A stretch of 64,000 bases of DNA from Myxococcota bacterium (GCA_036339465.1 JAYZAY010000021.1:7612-71611), one strand, 5' to 3'; numbered from the stretch's first letter, positions 19,430 to 30,181 are shown. The notes: generated by a model not told the origin, from the letters alone. Translations and numbers: made by a program.

Positions 19430-20240
19430 GTTTCACCTCGTTGGTTTCTTGTTCGTGTATGAATAGTGCGGTTATTTCTTCGGCTGCGTCCCGATAGGCT
19501 GCGCACACTGGCCGGGATGGTTCAATATCGAAAAGGGTCGCCCCCAAAAGGGCCGATTGGTTGATGCGTTCGTCTCTACCTATTCTTGCATCTAGTAAAG
19601 TGAGCCCCATGCCTAGGATGGCTTCTTTGATAGCAGCATTGGTTTTTTTGGTTCGCCCGTCATATTTGGTTTGTAAGCCAACGATGGCGGTGGGGGCTTC
19701 GGTAAATTCGTTAAGTTCCTGAATGGTGCCGTAGAGATCCTGCCATCCTTGAAGAGCCCCATTTTCCGCCGGCATTGGAGCGATGACGAGATCACTCGCA
19801 TAGATTGCGGCTTCGGTATAGGCGCCAATATGCGGTGGGGTATCGATCACGACAAAGTCCCAATGCTCTTGGGCTTTGCGGATTGCGCCGTCTAGGAAAT
19901 AAAGGCGTTGTCCTTGGAGGTAGAGCTCGCGTTCTTTGCGCGCCATCCCGATATGTCCGGGAGCGACTTGTAGATTGTTACGGTTGGTTGGTTGCACAAT
20001 ATCTGGAAGTGAAAATTGTGCTTTGGGCGTTAAGACCTCGGCAATGGAAGCCAGTTTTGCTTGTTCTTCGCTGACTCCCAAAATGGAGGTTGCGTTGCCC
20101 TGGGGATCGAGATCGATCAACAGGGTTTGGTGTCCGGTTTCTGCAAGGGCCGCGGCTAGGTGGCAGGCGGTGGCTGTCTTCCCTACTCCGCCTTTTATTT
20201 GAGAGATACAAATGGTTTTTGGTTTCATTGTTTCCTCCAC
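19419..20240 (-). CDS. parA: ParA-family partition ATPase.
   Basis: The deviant Walker A is KGGVGKTATACHLAAALA. Further motifs are LLIDLDPQGNAT, a Walker B (VVIDTPPH), and the typical ParA/Soj length of 273 aa. Confidence 0.85.
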   Translation of the reverse strand: MEETMKPKTICISQIKGGVGKTATACHLAAALAETGHQTLLIDLDPQGNATSILGVSEEQAKLASIAEVLTPKAQFSLPDIVQPTNRNNLQVAPGHIGMARKERELYLQGQRLYFLDGAIRKAQEHWDFVVIDTPPHIGAYTEAAIYASDLVIAPMPAENGALQGWQDLYGTIQELNEFTEAPTAIVGLQTKYDGRTKKTNAAIKEAILGMGLTLLDARIGRDERINQSALLGATLFDIEPSRPVCAAYRDAAEEITALFIHEQETNEVKHVA

Positions 20241-20259
20241 ACAGGGAAAATGTGTGTAT

Positions 20260-20760
20260 TGCGCATAACCCCAAAGTTAAGTTGGATACATATTTAACAG
20301 GCAACACGGAAGATGCAAAGTTTCTGCTAGAAATGCAGAAAATGGTGAGTAGGCGTAATCTGTTGGCTCTGTTGTATCTGGGCTTTATGGTGAAGCTGTT
20401 TGGTATGTGGAGAGCAGGGAAAATGGTGAATGCGGTAGATGTGTTAGAGGTGTCGGTTATGGGTAATGCGGTGAATCTGGGTTATAGGGTGAATATGCAG
20501 TAATCCCTAAACACAGAGGCAGTGTAGGAGATGTAATGAATGTAGCGGCTGTGGCCTCTGCTGGATGTGTTGGATAAGTAGGACGCGTTGGGTGTGTATG
20601 AGAAGTGGAAGAAGCAGGATAGGGTAGATGAGTTGGCTCTGTTGGATGTGTAAGACTTGGGTGGTATGTTGAAACTGTTTTCTGTGTCAGGTACGGGCGA
20701 TGCGTGAGCCGCAGGAGAAACCTAGTTGACAGGCTCAATGTGGGATATGGTTGAAGCACT
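20260..20760. repeat. Strongly strand-asymmetric G+T-rich, C-poor noncoding region with degenerate direct repeats upstream of parA.
   Basis: The top strand has about 5-10% C and 30-40% G. GGCYCTGYTGGATGTGT-like units recur at about 20357, 20553 and 20637. (A/G)TGGTGAAT-like units recur at about 20386, 20424, 20468 and 20490. The only ORFs are low-complexity artefacts. Confidence 0.5.
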
Positions 20761-21373
20761 ATAAATGCAATAGGTGTGAGTGATGTTTAATCTGTGGACT
20801 GCGCGACGCATGCAGGCTCTGCGAGCCCAGGGTAAAACGCGCGGACTGTGATACCTGTTGAGTCTGTGGAATATGTGGTTTGCGGGTTGTCTGTTTAATG
20901 CGCACGAAATGTTTGTTCTGTTCCAGGGCTTGGTGTGACCGCTTTTGAGTGCGTCTAGTTCCGAATGGCGCACGCGCCATTGACCAAGGCCCTGGTGCAT
21001 ATTACGGGGCCAAATGAAGGGCCTGAGAAGCAAACCGTCCCCATTGGTCGCAGTTGTTTGATCGACTCATTGGATTGTGGCTGCCAAGCCGCGAGATTTG
21101 GGTTATTTCGTGGTTTCACCCGCCAAAACCAACGATGCTCACCTAAGGGCCAAGGGATACAATGTCTGATAATGAACTTAATGAAAAAGGTACTTGTTTT
21201 GATTTGGCCAGACGCCGGCCGTGAGGATTGCCCTGACTGGGGCCCATCAAGAATCCTCCAAGTTGTTTGCGCTCTCTGAACTTTCTAAAATACGACCCAT
21301 CCTTACGAATGAAAATCCCGTTTACGATGAATGCTTCGAGGGCGGCTGAAATCCCAAACCAACCACGGCTGTC

Positions 21374-22024
21374 TCATTTCTGAGAACTGCGCGGGACATC
21401 CCGGAATTGGCGAATGGATTTATCTCTTCCAGAGCCCCTGCGGTAACGCTCGTAATGTTGAGGCTTTTTTGTGTAGTAACTCTGATGGTAGGGCTCCGCA
21501 GGGTAGAAGTGGCCGGCTTTTAGGATTTCGACCACCACCGGCTTTTGAAAGCGCCTGGAATCGTTGAGTTGCTTTTTAGAGGAGATGGCGTCTGTGCGTT
21601 GCACTTCGGTGACCCAGAAGATACCAGGTCGGTATTGGGGGCCCCTGTCCACAAATTGACCCTTCCCGTCGGTTGGATCTATGTTTTTCCAGAAAATTTC
21701 GAGAATCTCTTTGTATTTTACGATATTTGAATCGAACACCACCCTGATCGCTTCCGTATGTCCGGTTTTGCCCATTGCCACCGCTCTATAGTTGGGGTTC
21801 TTTTCCAAGCCACCGGTATATCCGACCGTCGTCTTAATGACGCCTTTAACTTGATCGAAGGTCGATTGCATGCACCAGAAACAGCCCCCCGCAAGGATCG
21901 CAGTTTCTTGCTTAGGGAAAGCCTCGGATGTCGCGGGCGCTAGGGAGAATACCCATATAAATGTTGCCGGCATTCTTAAGAAGAGGAGCTTCAACGTATT
22001 CTTCATGGTTAATGATGTTTCCAA
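21374..22024 (-). CDS. msrA: Peptide methionine sulfoxide reductase MsrA, with an N-terminal signal peptide.
   Basis: The active site GCFWC is in LAGGCFWCMQSTFDQVKGV...GYTGG...YRAVAMGKTGHTEAIRVVFD...YHQSYY. Confidence 0.85.
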   Translation of the reverse strand: METSLTMKNTLKLLFLRMPATFIWVFSLAPATSEAFPKQETAILAGGCFWCMQSTFDQVKGVIKTTVGYTGGLEKNPNYRAVAMGKTGHTEAIRVVFDSNIVKYKEILEIFWKNIDPTDGKGQFVDRGPQYRPGIFWVTEVQRTDAISSKKQLNDSRRFQKPVVVEILKAGHFYPAEPYHQSYYTKKPQHYERYRRGSGRDKSIRQFRDVPRSSQK

Positions 22025-22474
22025 TGAATGTTGTTAATTCGGGGCCTATCGCAAGACAGAGCCTATGGTGATTTAGCCAAATGGCAAGCTCAAGACACGA
22101 TTTGTGAAGGAGGAGGTGATTGAGTAATGAAGAGAAACCCTATTCATACTCAGGTGCGACGATGAATAGGGCGTGGATGCCCGTGAACTACGACCTCTTG
22201 TTGACGAGGCTTATAATTGGACCCGCCCCTGGTTTTGGGTTGGTACCTCCAACCACCGAGAAGACTCTGAATCCTATGAAGTTCAAAAAAGTATTGCCCA
22301 CTGGAAGCCAATCTTAAGCCCAGAACAATTCGCAAATCCTAAGCGCTAACCCCACTGAGCGTGGATTGTGCGGTAGGTCTTGGCAGTAAAAGTCGCTGGC
22401 GCATTATCACGCTTCCATGGAGCGACTCATTCTCCAGTTGTATCTGCCTCCACTGGATTGTTTGTGATTTCTGT

Positions 22475-22661
22475 GTCTTTCCTGTCGTTTGTCTTTCCTG
22501 TCGTTTGTCTTTCCTGTCGTTTGTCTTTCCTGTCGTTTGTCTTTCCTGTCGTTTGTCTTTCCTGTCGTTTGTGTTTTCTTTGTTTTCTTTGTTTTCTTTG
22601 TTTTCTTTGTTTTCTATGTTTTCTATGTTTTCTATGTTTTCTATGTTTTCTATGTTTTCTG
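22475..22661. repeat. Two abutting tandem repeat arrays: (GTCTTTCCTGTCGTTT)x6 followed by (TGTTTTCTT/TGTTTTCTA)x10.
   Basis: The 16-mer array spans 22475-22570 and the 9-mer array spans 22572-22661. Both lie in the intergenic region between msrA and the MCP gene. Confidence 0.9.
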
Positions 22662-23226
22662 TGTTGGATGTGGTTTATGTCGCCATTCGGAAACTCTATT
22701 TTCGGCCCAGAATGAAATATTTACCCCATTTGCGATTTAGACTTTCCGGAATCCATGCCCACCTTTCCAATGCCTAAGAGCACCCCCCTCGTTTGTCTTA
22801 TTGCATTCCTTCTTTGTTTACTCGTTCCCATTTAAAGCGGATTCCGTGCATCTAACTGGCTCGATTTTGTTTTTGTCTGGGATAAGCGTTATGTTTTGAG
22901 AGAGTGTGGTCCTAGAATTTTTCTTTGGACGGGCATTTCGTTTTGAGGTGGATGACTGGTTTCTCGGGGTGAAGGAATCTTTTGTTTTAGCGACGTAGTG
23001 GCGTGTCAAGGCGGGCTTTCAGGTGGGGCTGCTTGTAACGGGTTTAATAAGGTCGACTTGCATTATGCCAGGCAAGGTTGTTCTTTAAGTAAGCGATTGA
23101 AAATTTGACTTGAAGCCAATGCTGGCGAAGCAGGAACTTGGTACGGACATGACGTGTGGATTTAAATTTTAGGGGTGCTATCTCAAAAGCAGACCGGACA
23201 ACTTTTGGAAGTGAGTTAATGAAACC

Positions 23227-25083
23227 ATGAATATATCGACGCGTATCCTAGGAGGTTATGGCCTTATGGTCGTACTGATGCTCGCGGTTGGGGGAGGGTC
23301 TGTAGGGGCACTCAATCAACTCGACGAAAATCTTCGATATCTTTCCGAGAAGGTATCTCACACGGTAGAACTCGTCACCACTACGGTTTTGGATTTGGGT
23401 AAACAGCGTGGACTCGCCACTGGCCTTCAGCAAGGTAGGGCCTCTGAGGGTGAGCTTAAGAGAATCGTGGCTTCCATGGAGACTACTGGGGAGACGCTAA
23501 ACAAAATTGCCGCATTTGGAATGATTGAGGGTTCAGAGTTAGAGCAACTCAAGTTGGCATTTAGTAACTACCTAACCGAGCTTGAAGGGTTGACCCTAGA
23601 ATTTCGTAGCTTAGAGCCAAAGAAAAATTCATACCTGGAAGTTGCTGCCAAGGCTCGAGCTCTTAGTAGGGCTATGTTGGGAGAGAGTAGTGCCATAGCG
23701 CCAATTATTTCTGAATTGGGCCAACAACGTTACCTCGTTAAAGAGATGGAATTAGGCGGTGAACTTACCGATACACAGGGGAAAATACGTCGCTCGGTTT
23801 CAAACATGGACGACGATCTAGGTGATGTTCTTACCAATTATACTACCGACTCCGCCGACAACTTACGAAGAGCGGTTGAATCCTACGGTGAACGTCTTAA
23901 TACCTACCTGGAAGGTTTTAAGGTTTTCTCAGAGAAAACGAACGGCTATTCAGAGCAAGCGGACTCCTTTCGTGAAACGCTCATGCACTTGGAAACAAAC
24001 ATTGCTGAAGAACAACGCACGGTTTTAAGTGAACTTGATGAATCCAGCAAAAATGCTGTGACGGTCGTGAGTTTTGCGGTTGTCGCTTCGGTACTTGTTT
24101 GCTTGTTTGTGGGCTTTGCGGTGGCCAGATCCATTGTCAATCCCATAAGGGAAATGTTGAGTCGTTTAAGGAATATGGCTGAAGGGGAAGGGGATTTGAC
24201 TCAGCGGCTTATGTGTACTTCAAATGATGAAATTGGCGCTACGGCAGAGTGTTTCAATCTTTTTGTGGAGAAAGTTCAGAGGGTTGTTGCCAAGGTTGGA
24301 CAAAATTGTGGGGTTTTTGATGGTGCATCCGCAGATATGTCGAAAGTGAGTAGTAGTATGACCAAGAGTGCGGGCCAGACTTCTGATAAGGCCCGCGCGG
24401 TTTCAGGCTCAGCTCGAAATGTGAGCGACAATATTGCCTCCATTGCGAACGCAACCCAAGAAATGGAAACAACGATCAGTGAAATTGCTAAAACAGTAGC
24501 GGAATCGGCCAAAGTGGCGGGGGCATCGGTTACGACTGCGCGGAGTACGTCGTCAATGGTGATGAAGCTTGTAGATAGCAGTGCGCAAATTGGGAGCATT
24601 GTTCGAATCATTGCTTCTATCGCCGAACAAACCAATCTATTAGCTCTCAATGCGACCATTGAGGCGGCTCGAGCTGGTGAGGCAGGTAAGGGGTTTGCGA
24701 TTGTTGCCAATGAGGTGAAGGAATTGGCTAAGGAAACGGCAAAGGCGACTGAGGATATTGAGCGTCAAGCCTTGCTGATTCAGAATGAGAGTTCAGGGGC
24801 CGGTGAGGCAATTGGGGAAATAACCGAGATTGTGAGTAGTCTTGATGGCTACACGACCTTAGTTGCGGTGGCCATTGAGGAACTGAATGCCACAGTCAAT
24901 CTTGTGTCCAGAAATCTTGCTTCTAGTTCGACCAGCAGCCATGAGATTGCCGACAATTGTAATGCCTTGGTGGAAGTCGCCGTTAATACCACCGAATTTG
25001 CAGCCCAAACTCAGAGTTCTGCTGGTGGTGTAACCAATAGCTCGTGTACCTTGAGGGATTTGGTTGGTCAATTTAGGTATTGA
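23227..25083 (+). CDS. Methyl-accepting chemotaxis protein.
   Basis: An N-terminal TM helix, a HAMP region and the highly conserved MCP signalling domain are present. The signalling domain reads [50 protein letters not shown]. Confidence 0.85.
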   Translation: MNISTRILGGYGLMVVLMLAVGGGSVGALNQLDENLRYLSEKVSHTVELVTTTVLDLGKQRGLATGLQQGRASEGELKRIVASMETTGETLNKIAAFGMIEGSELEQLKLAFSNYLTELEGLTLEFRSLEPKKNSYLEVAAKARALSRAMLGESSAIAPIISELGQQRYLVKEMELGGELTDTQGKIRRSVSNMDDDLGDVLTNYTTDSADNLRRAVESYGERLNTYLEGFKVFSEKTNGYSEQADSFRETLMHLETNIAEEQRTVLSELDESSKNAVTVVSFAVVASVLVCLFVGFAVARSIVNPIREMLSRLRNMAEGEGDLTQRLMCTSNDEIGATAECFNLFVEKVQRVVAKVGQNCGVFDGASADMSKVSSSMTKSAGQTSDKARAVSGSARNVSDNIASIANATQEMETTISEIAKTVAESAKVAGASVTTARSTSSMVMKLVDSSAQIGSIVRIIASIAEQTNLLALNATIEAARAGEAGKGFAIVANEVKELAKETAKATEDIERQALLIQNESSGAGEAIGEITEIVSSLDGYTTLVAVAIEELNATVNLVSRNLASSSTSSHEIADNCNALVEVAVNTTEFAAQTQSSAGGVTNSSCTLRDLVGQFRY

Positions 25084-25154
25084 GATTGTATTTTCTGTTT
25101 GTTATGTGAACATTTATTCTCGTAACTAGAAGTTCAAGCCCCCAAAGACGACCC

Positions 25155-26999
25155 TTGCTGATGAAACAGCCCAACAAAGCACCTCAGCCTAGACCAAAAA
25201 CACAAAGATCCAAAACCGGGAAAATTCCCGTGGAACCCGCAACAAACGAATCTGTACGCCGAAAACCACGACGTTGCCGTCCTTCTTTTAATCGGAAACA
25301 ATCGGTAAGCGCCCGACAAAACTCAGCCACCAAGGAGACTAAGTTGTATAACACGCGCCTTAATGCTGCACCCTCGGTGCCCCCCCAAGCAACTTCAACC
25401 ACAGAGCTTTCGTTGGAAAGTGCCAAAATCGAAGCAAACACCAACCCAGACAGCTGGGTCGCACGCTCCAGTGCCGCAGCCAAAACCCTAGGCTCCGTCA
25501 AGCCATTTATTGAGCCCGGTCTAACCTTTCCCGAAGATGGAACCTCAGACGGTATCACCGACGATGCCAAATTTTACCTATCCTATATCCCCAAACGCGT
25601 GGTCGCATTTTTCAAAGCTGCATTGATAAGCCTGGTCATTGGCGGAAAGAGACTTCAAGCCCACTTAACAATGCTCACTCAGGATGGACCTAAACCCGTA
25701 GAGATTACCACCCATGAAGGGGTGCCAGGCGTTCTAAAGGTCCGTCCGGAAGAAGAAGCCGACTTTCTAAAATATCGTTCACCACTCTACACCAGCATCG
25801 CCACTACCGGCGTTGCCAAACAAGACGCACTCGACAGTTGTGGACGACAAAAAATCAAAGTGGTCAGTGACGAGACTTTCAGAAAGATGATTCTCCACAC
25901 CCCGCTGAGTCATGCATTACCCTTAGACCCAGAAAACCCAAAATTCTATAAACTCGATCTAAGTGCACAATTCGCCATCGACACAAAAAATGGCACCACC
26001 TACCAAGTCAAGACCGTGCGGATCCCTGTTAATCCGATCAATGACGAACGTGCCACCATTGAACTCGATACCGGAAAAGTGGTCGAAGCCCCCGCACCCG
26101 ATGAAAAGAGCCAGACGTGGGATCTCGCAAAACTCTATTTCCAAATGTCTTGGGCCCATGCCGTGGTTGGACTCTTCCACACTTGGGTTCACTTCGGTGT
26201 ACCCGATGTCGCCGCTGCCTCCCTTACCAATGGTGTCCTAGACGGAACCATCAAAGAAGGTTCCACCTTACACAACCTCTTAGCCCCCCATCTTCGCTTT
26301 ACCATGCGAATCAACAATCAAGCTTTAAACGTCGGCCGATTTTCAGCAGAAGAACCTCTTCAAATGGCCCACGAAGCGTTCACCAAAACCATCGCCAAGA
26401 TAGTTGCAAAAGAAGAAATAGTTATACCCCGTGGCCGCCGCTCCGCTTCTCCATATGAGTATTTCTTGCATGAATACAAAAAACCAATTCGAAAATTCGT
26501 TGATACGATTGCCTCTAAGATTGATCCCAACGAATACCAAGCGTGGATCGCCCCCCTTGCCGAACACTATCCTGGCCTAGCCAAACCTTGCTTCCCCCCA
26601 TCCATGGAAGAAGTCCTTACCGATCTGATTTGGCAAGTATCCGTCGTTCACTCCTCCGATCACCATGCCGCTTATAAGTTCAGAAACTATGGTGTTTCCA
26701 CTATTCCCAAGAAATTCTCTGATGCGAGCCCTGACGAACTCGCTGACCCAACCTCATTGGTTGATTCAGCCACCACCACCAACTTCAGAACCGCCGTGGA
26801 CATTTTTGCTCAACACCTAGATCTTCACCCAAACCTCGACAACCGCACCGCCTCTGCAAACTATGATTTTCAAGGCAACTCGGAAAAACGGGCCGCACAA
26901 ACTTTAAAATCTGAAATCCAAGCACTCGATACCCGAATGAAAAAAGAAGGCGTGCAGTTCTGTCCAGCCACAACGATGCTTCAGTCCGTCTGCCTTTAA
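25155..26999 (+). CDS. Hypothetical protein with lipoxygenase-like His motifs (possibly a divergent lipoxygenase).
   Basis: WAHAVVGLFHTWVHF resembles LOX helix-9 HxxxxHWLxTH. LLAPHLRFTMRINNQAL resembles LLHPHFRDTMNINAL. VSVVHSSDHHAAYKFRNYG resembles HAAVNFGQY. The spacings are not canonical. The N-terminal ~120 aa, which is basic and low-complexity, may be an over-extension. Confidence 0.35.
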   Translation: MLMKQPNKAPQPRPKTQRSKTGKIPVEPATNESVRRKPRRCRPSFNRKQSVSARQNSATKETKLYNTRLNAAPSVPPQATSTTELSLESAKIEANTNPDSWVARSSAAAKTLGSVKPFIEPGLTFPEDGTSDGITDDAKFYLSYIPKRVVAFFKAALISLVIGGKRLQAHLTMLTQDGPKPVEITTHEGVPGVLKVRPEEEADFLKYRSPLYTSIATTGVAKQDALDSCGRQKIKVVSDETFRKMILHTPLSHALPLDPENPKFYKLDLSAQFAIDTKNGTTYQVKTVRIPVNPINDERATIELDTGKVVEAPAPDEKSQTWDLAKLYFQMSWAHAVVGLFHTWVHFGVPDVAAASLTNGVLDGTIKEGSTLHNLLAPHLRFTMRINNQALNVGRFSAEEPLQMAHEAFTKTIAKIVAKEEIVIPRGRRSASPYEYFLHEYKKPIRKFVDTIASKIDPNEYQAWIAPLAEHYPGLAKPCFPPSMEEVLTDLIWQVSVVHSSDHHAAYKFRNYGVSTIPKKFSDASPDELADPTSLVDSATTTNFRTAVDIFAQHLDLHPNLDNRTASANYDFQGNSEKRAAQTLKSEIQALDTRMKKEGVQFCPATTMLQSVCL

Positions 27000-27078
27000 G
27001 GTTTGTCTAACGCGGTATTGAAGGTTATCCGGCCTAAACCCTAGTGGCACGAGCTACCCGAGTTCCCTTAATATTCTC

Positions 27079-28415
27079 CTAAAGGCCCCTAACCCGAAGA
27101 CGCATGCCGTTTTGCGACATCATCGTAATGATGGTGTGGGGCTTCGGAACAAATCCAGACATCCGCTCCAAGCGACAGACTTCCAAAACCTTCGAAATAA
27201 TAATCATGGCTTCTGCCATGGCCAATCGGTCACCAATGCATTTGCGCGGAACTCCCACGAAGGGAATAAACCGGTAATTATACCCGTTTTCCTGCATAAG
27301 AAAACGCTCCGGGCGATATTCTTCTGGGCAATCCCAATAACGGGGCGAACGGTGCAATCCATAGATAGGACATAAAACAATGCTATTAGAAGCAACGACA
27401 TAATCACCCAACAACACGTCTCTGATTGACGTTCTCGCCAACACAGGAATAACGGGATAAATCCTGAGAGCTTCATTAAAAGCCACTTCCGTATAACGAA
27501 GCTCCCGGTATTGACTCGGTTTCATTATCTTATCCGGTGCAACTTCAACAATCTCAACCCTTATCTTTTCCTGAACATCCGGATGCCCCGCCAGCAAATA
27601 GAAAAACCAAGTAAAGGCTGCATTGATGGTATCGTGACCCGCGAGAAAAATCGTAATCAACTCATCACGAAGCTGATGCCGGGACATCCCCTCGCCGGTT
27701 TCTTCATCAACAACGCTAAGAAACATCGAGAGAACATGACTCTTCCTTCCTTGAGCGGTGCCTCGATCAATGAGTTCGTACACAATTCGGTCTAGAGTCT
27801 CCACCGCCTCTCGTTCCGCGCGGTGGGTTTTGGTGGGCACCCACCGGGGTAGGGTTATCGGCGGATAAACTCGCCTTAAAAAGGCATCCCCCGCTAAGGA
27901 GGAACCGCGATGCACTTCCTAAGCAACCTCCTTAGAATCTGTCCCCAAAAAACCTGACTGGCAATCTGAGTCGTGAGGAGTGTGACCGCGGGTGACACGT
28001 CAATTTCGTCCCACTCTAATGTTGCCCAATCATGGACCAACGCATTCGAAAATTTTTCAATATCAGCGCAGTAGCCCTCAATGGCTTTGACATGAAAGGA
28101 ATTATTCACAGACTTCCGTTGCCGACGCCACAACTCTCCTTCACTGGTCACCAACCCATTGCCCATGAGGTATTTCATTTCACGATACTTATTGCTTTTG
28201 CGAAAATCTTGATGGTCGGATCGAAGCATCTTCTCAACTAAAGCGGGGGAATTCACCAAATAGGCATCCATGGGGAAGGGAAGATAACTCAACTCCCCAT
28301 AGGTTTCGCAAAGAACTTCAAGCTCTTTTACCGAACCACGACGAAAACACTGTGCCACTCGAATTGCCTGCCACCGATTAGGACCGGCCGGACGTGGTGA
28401 CTTTGATGGAAACAT
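27079..28415 (-). pseudogene. Cytochrome P450 split by a frameshift near 27895-27915.
   Basis: The N-terminal ORF (27894..28415) has the P450 WRRQRK motif. The C-terminal ORF (27079..27915) has the I-helix AGHDT, the ExxR region and the heme loop FVGVPRKCIGDRLA. The two are in different frames and overlap by 22 nt. Confidence 0.7.
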
Positions 28416-28722
28416 TATTCTTCGCGCGCAGGAAACGCTGATTTAGGAATAAAGCCGACAAAACTGGCACACCCGAATTTTCCTCAATTACCACACCTGG
28501 CCCCATCTGACACCCAGCCCCTATAAATGAGTTTGCCCCGACCTTGATTGTCTTTAAGTAAAGTATACGCATTTCTCCCTTTTTGCGAACCACATGGGGA
28601 GAAAGATAAACCTCATTGCCAAAAAACACATTGTCGCCAATATCGATATGACCGCGGTCGGTGACCTTTACCAAGGTCGCCCAAAAAACCTTATCTCCTA
28701 CTTGGCTGCCCCACGCCCTCAA
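28378..28722 (-). CDS. Possible hexapeptide-repeat (left-handed beta-helix) acyltransferase fragment.
   Basis: Repetitive [LIV]-G-x-x-x-x-like spacing is seen in IDIGDNVFFGNEVYLS...IKVGANSFIGAGCQMGPGVVIEENSGV. The ORF is short (114 aa) and could be a remnant. Confidence 0.3.
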   Translation of the reverse strand: MRAWGSQVGDKVFWATLVKVTDRGHIDIGDNVFFGNEVYLSPHVVRKKGEMRILYLKTIKVGANSFIGAGCQMGPGVVIEENSGVPVLSALFLNQRFLRAKNNVSIKVTTSGRS

Positions 28723-29900
28723 CCAAGAGGAGTATAGATGTTTTCAAAAGTCTCTGGGTTCCAATACTTCTCAAAACGTGGGTCGCCGGAAAAAAAACGC
28801 ACCCACTCTGCAATGGGAATATAGAGCGGTTGCTTGTGTCGCTTTCTGATAAACTCAGGATTTCTACTTCGGTGCATCTCTTTTAAAATATCTTTTTCGT
28901 TCATGCCTCGAAGTCTATCCGTCTCAGGAAGCGACAGCGCCACATCCACAAAACCATCATCCAAATACGGCACCCGAAGCTCCAGCCCATGGGCCGAACT
29001 CATTCGACCCGCCATCAATAGAACCCAATTGGGCAAGCTAACTGCCAACTCAAAATCGAGATTTTGATGGAGGTGAGAGTAGGGCGCTAATTTCGGAACC
29101 AAGGAATTCTTAAAATAGTTTTCTTCCTCGTTCTGATATATCGGAAATTCGCCCTTCCAATCATCACCGAAGACATCACTCACATAGGTGTGTAACAAGC
29201 CCCAAGTCGCAATTTTTTGAGGGTAAAAACCGTAGGTCTCACGAATATTATCGGCTTCAGCCTAACGGTGCCCGTCCACATAAAATCGAATCAAGGAAAA
29301 TGCTAAATCAAACCATGAAAATCCTCCGGGTAATTTAAGCGATGGGGAAGGCGACTCAATCCGCCCATTAGTTTCGCGCGTGTCAAAGTGTTACGACGTT
29401 TCATCCAACGAAACCCATCATAACCCGCCAAAAGTTGGTCAGGGCCTTCACCAGAGAGCACCACTCGGTGCCCTGATTCACAGACCCCGAACGCGAGCAA
29501 TCCAGAGTTCCTGTTTTCTGGGGTTCCGCAGGGCAAATGCAAACATTCCATGTAATCGCGTAAGAGCATGGAGTCCAAAGCGCAAAAGGGAAGCCTACAA
29601 AACTTGGGTATCACCTTGGGTATCAAAACGGGTCCCATATTCATGGATTTCTTTTCTTAGATTCTTGTAATTATATATCTCACCATTGTAGACCAATCGC
29701 GGTAGCTCTGGATTGCTCACCTTTGGGGGAAACGGCTGATCCGACCGAGGATCTAAATCAATAACCCGAAGGCGATTGTGCCCTAAAGCAATATTGTTGT
29801 GGATCCCATGCGCAGAAAAATCCGACCCCCGGTGCTCTTTTGAGCGCCCAGCATCCGAGCCATCGCATTCTTGAGTTCATCCTTGTGGATGATGCTAAGG
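28719..29900 (-). pseudogene. asnB: Asparagine synthetase (glutamine-hydrolysing, AsnB-like), disrupted into several frames.
   Basis: ORF 29303..29644 carries VVLSGEGPDQLLAGYDGF (compare LSGEGADELFGGY). ORF 28719..29198 carries the AsnB C-terminal domain (LELRVPYLDDGFVDVALSLP...). The region upstream of 29644 has further in-frame stops. Confidence 0.6.
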
Positions 29901-30181
29901 GGCAGAATGGATGAAATCCCGCACACATCTATGTCCTTCAGTCTTTAGCTAAAGCATAGCCCTAGTATCCCAAGATTCAAAATATGAGGAAAATGACTAT
30001 GGGTTAGAAAAGAACTGGTACAAATTATTCAATTTAGTCGGATTTTGACACAACCCACCCCCACCTTCTGCCGATAACCTAGGAAAGAGCGTGATTTTCG
30101 GCGGTTAACTCAAAAGCCCAGAGGGGCACCTGCGGAAGCCATGTTCAGATAATTCGATAGGGACTGTATGTAAGTCCAATA

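Noticed and set aside
20457-21033. Minus-strand ORFs (100, 103 and 73 aa) rich in Pro, Thr, His and Ser.
   Set aside because: They are low-complexity products of the C/A-rich bottom strand of the GT-skewed noncoding region. There is no start context and they overlap each other.
22361-22777. Three overlapping + strand ORFs (138, 111 and 83 aa) encoding Cys/Phe/Leu-rich low-complexity peptides.
   Set aside because: They are translation artefacts of the 16-bp and 9-bp tandem repeat arrays, which give the same peptide periodicity in all three frames. They are not genes.
24276-24710. A 144-aa antisense ORF inside the MCP gene.
   Set aside because: It lies opposite the highly conserved MCP signalling domain, and its Ala-rich composition reflects the antisense strand of a GC-rich coding region.
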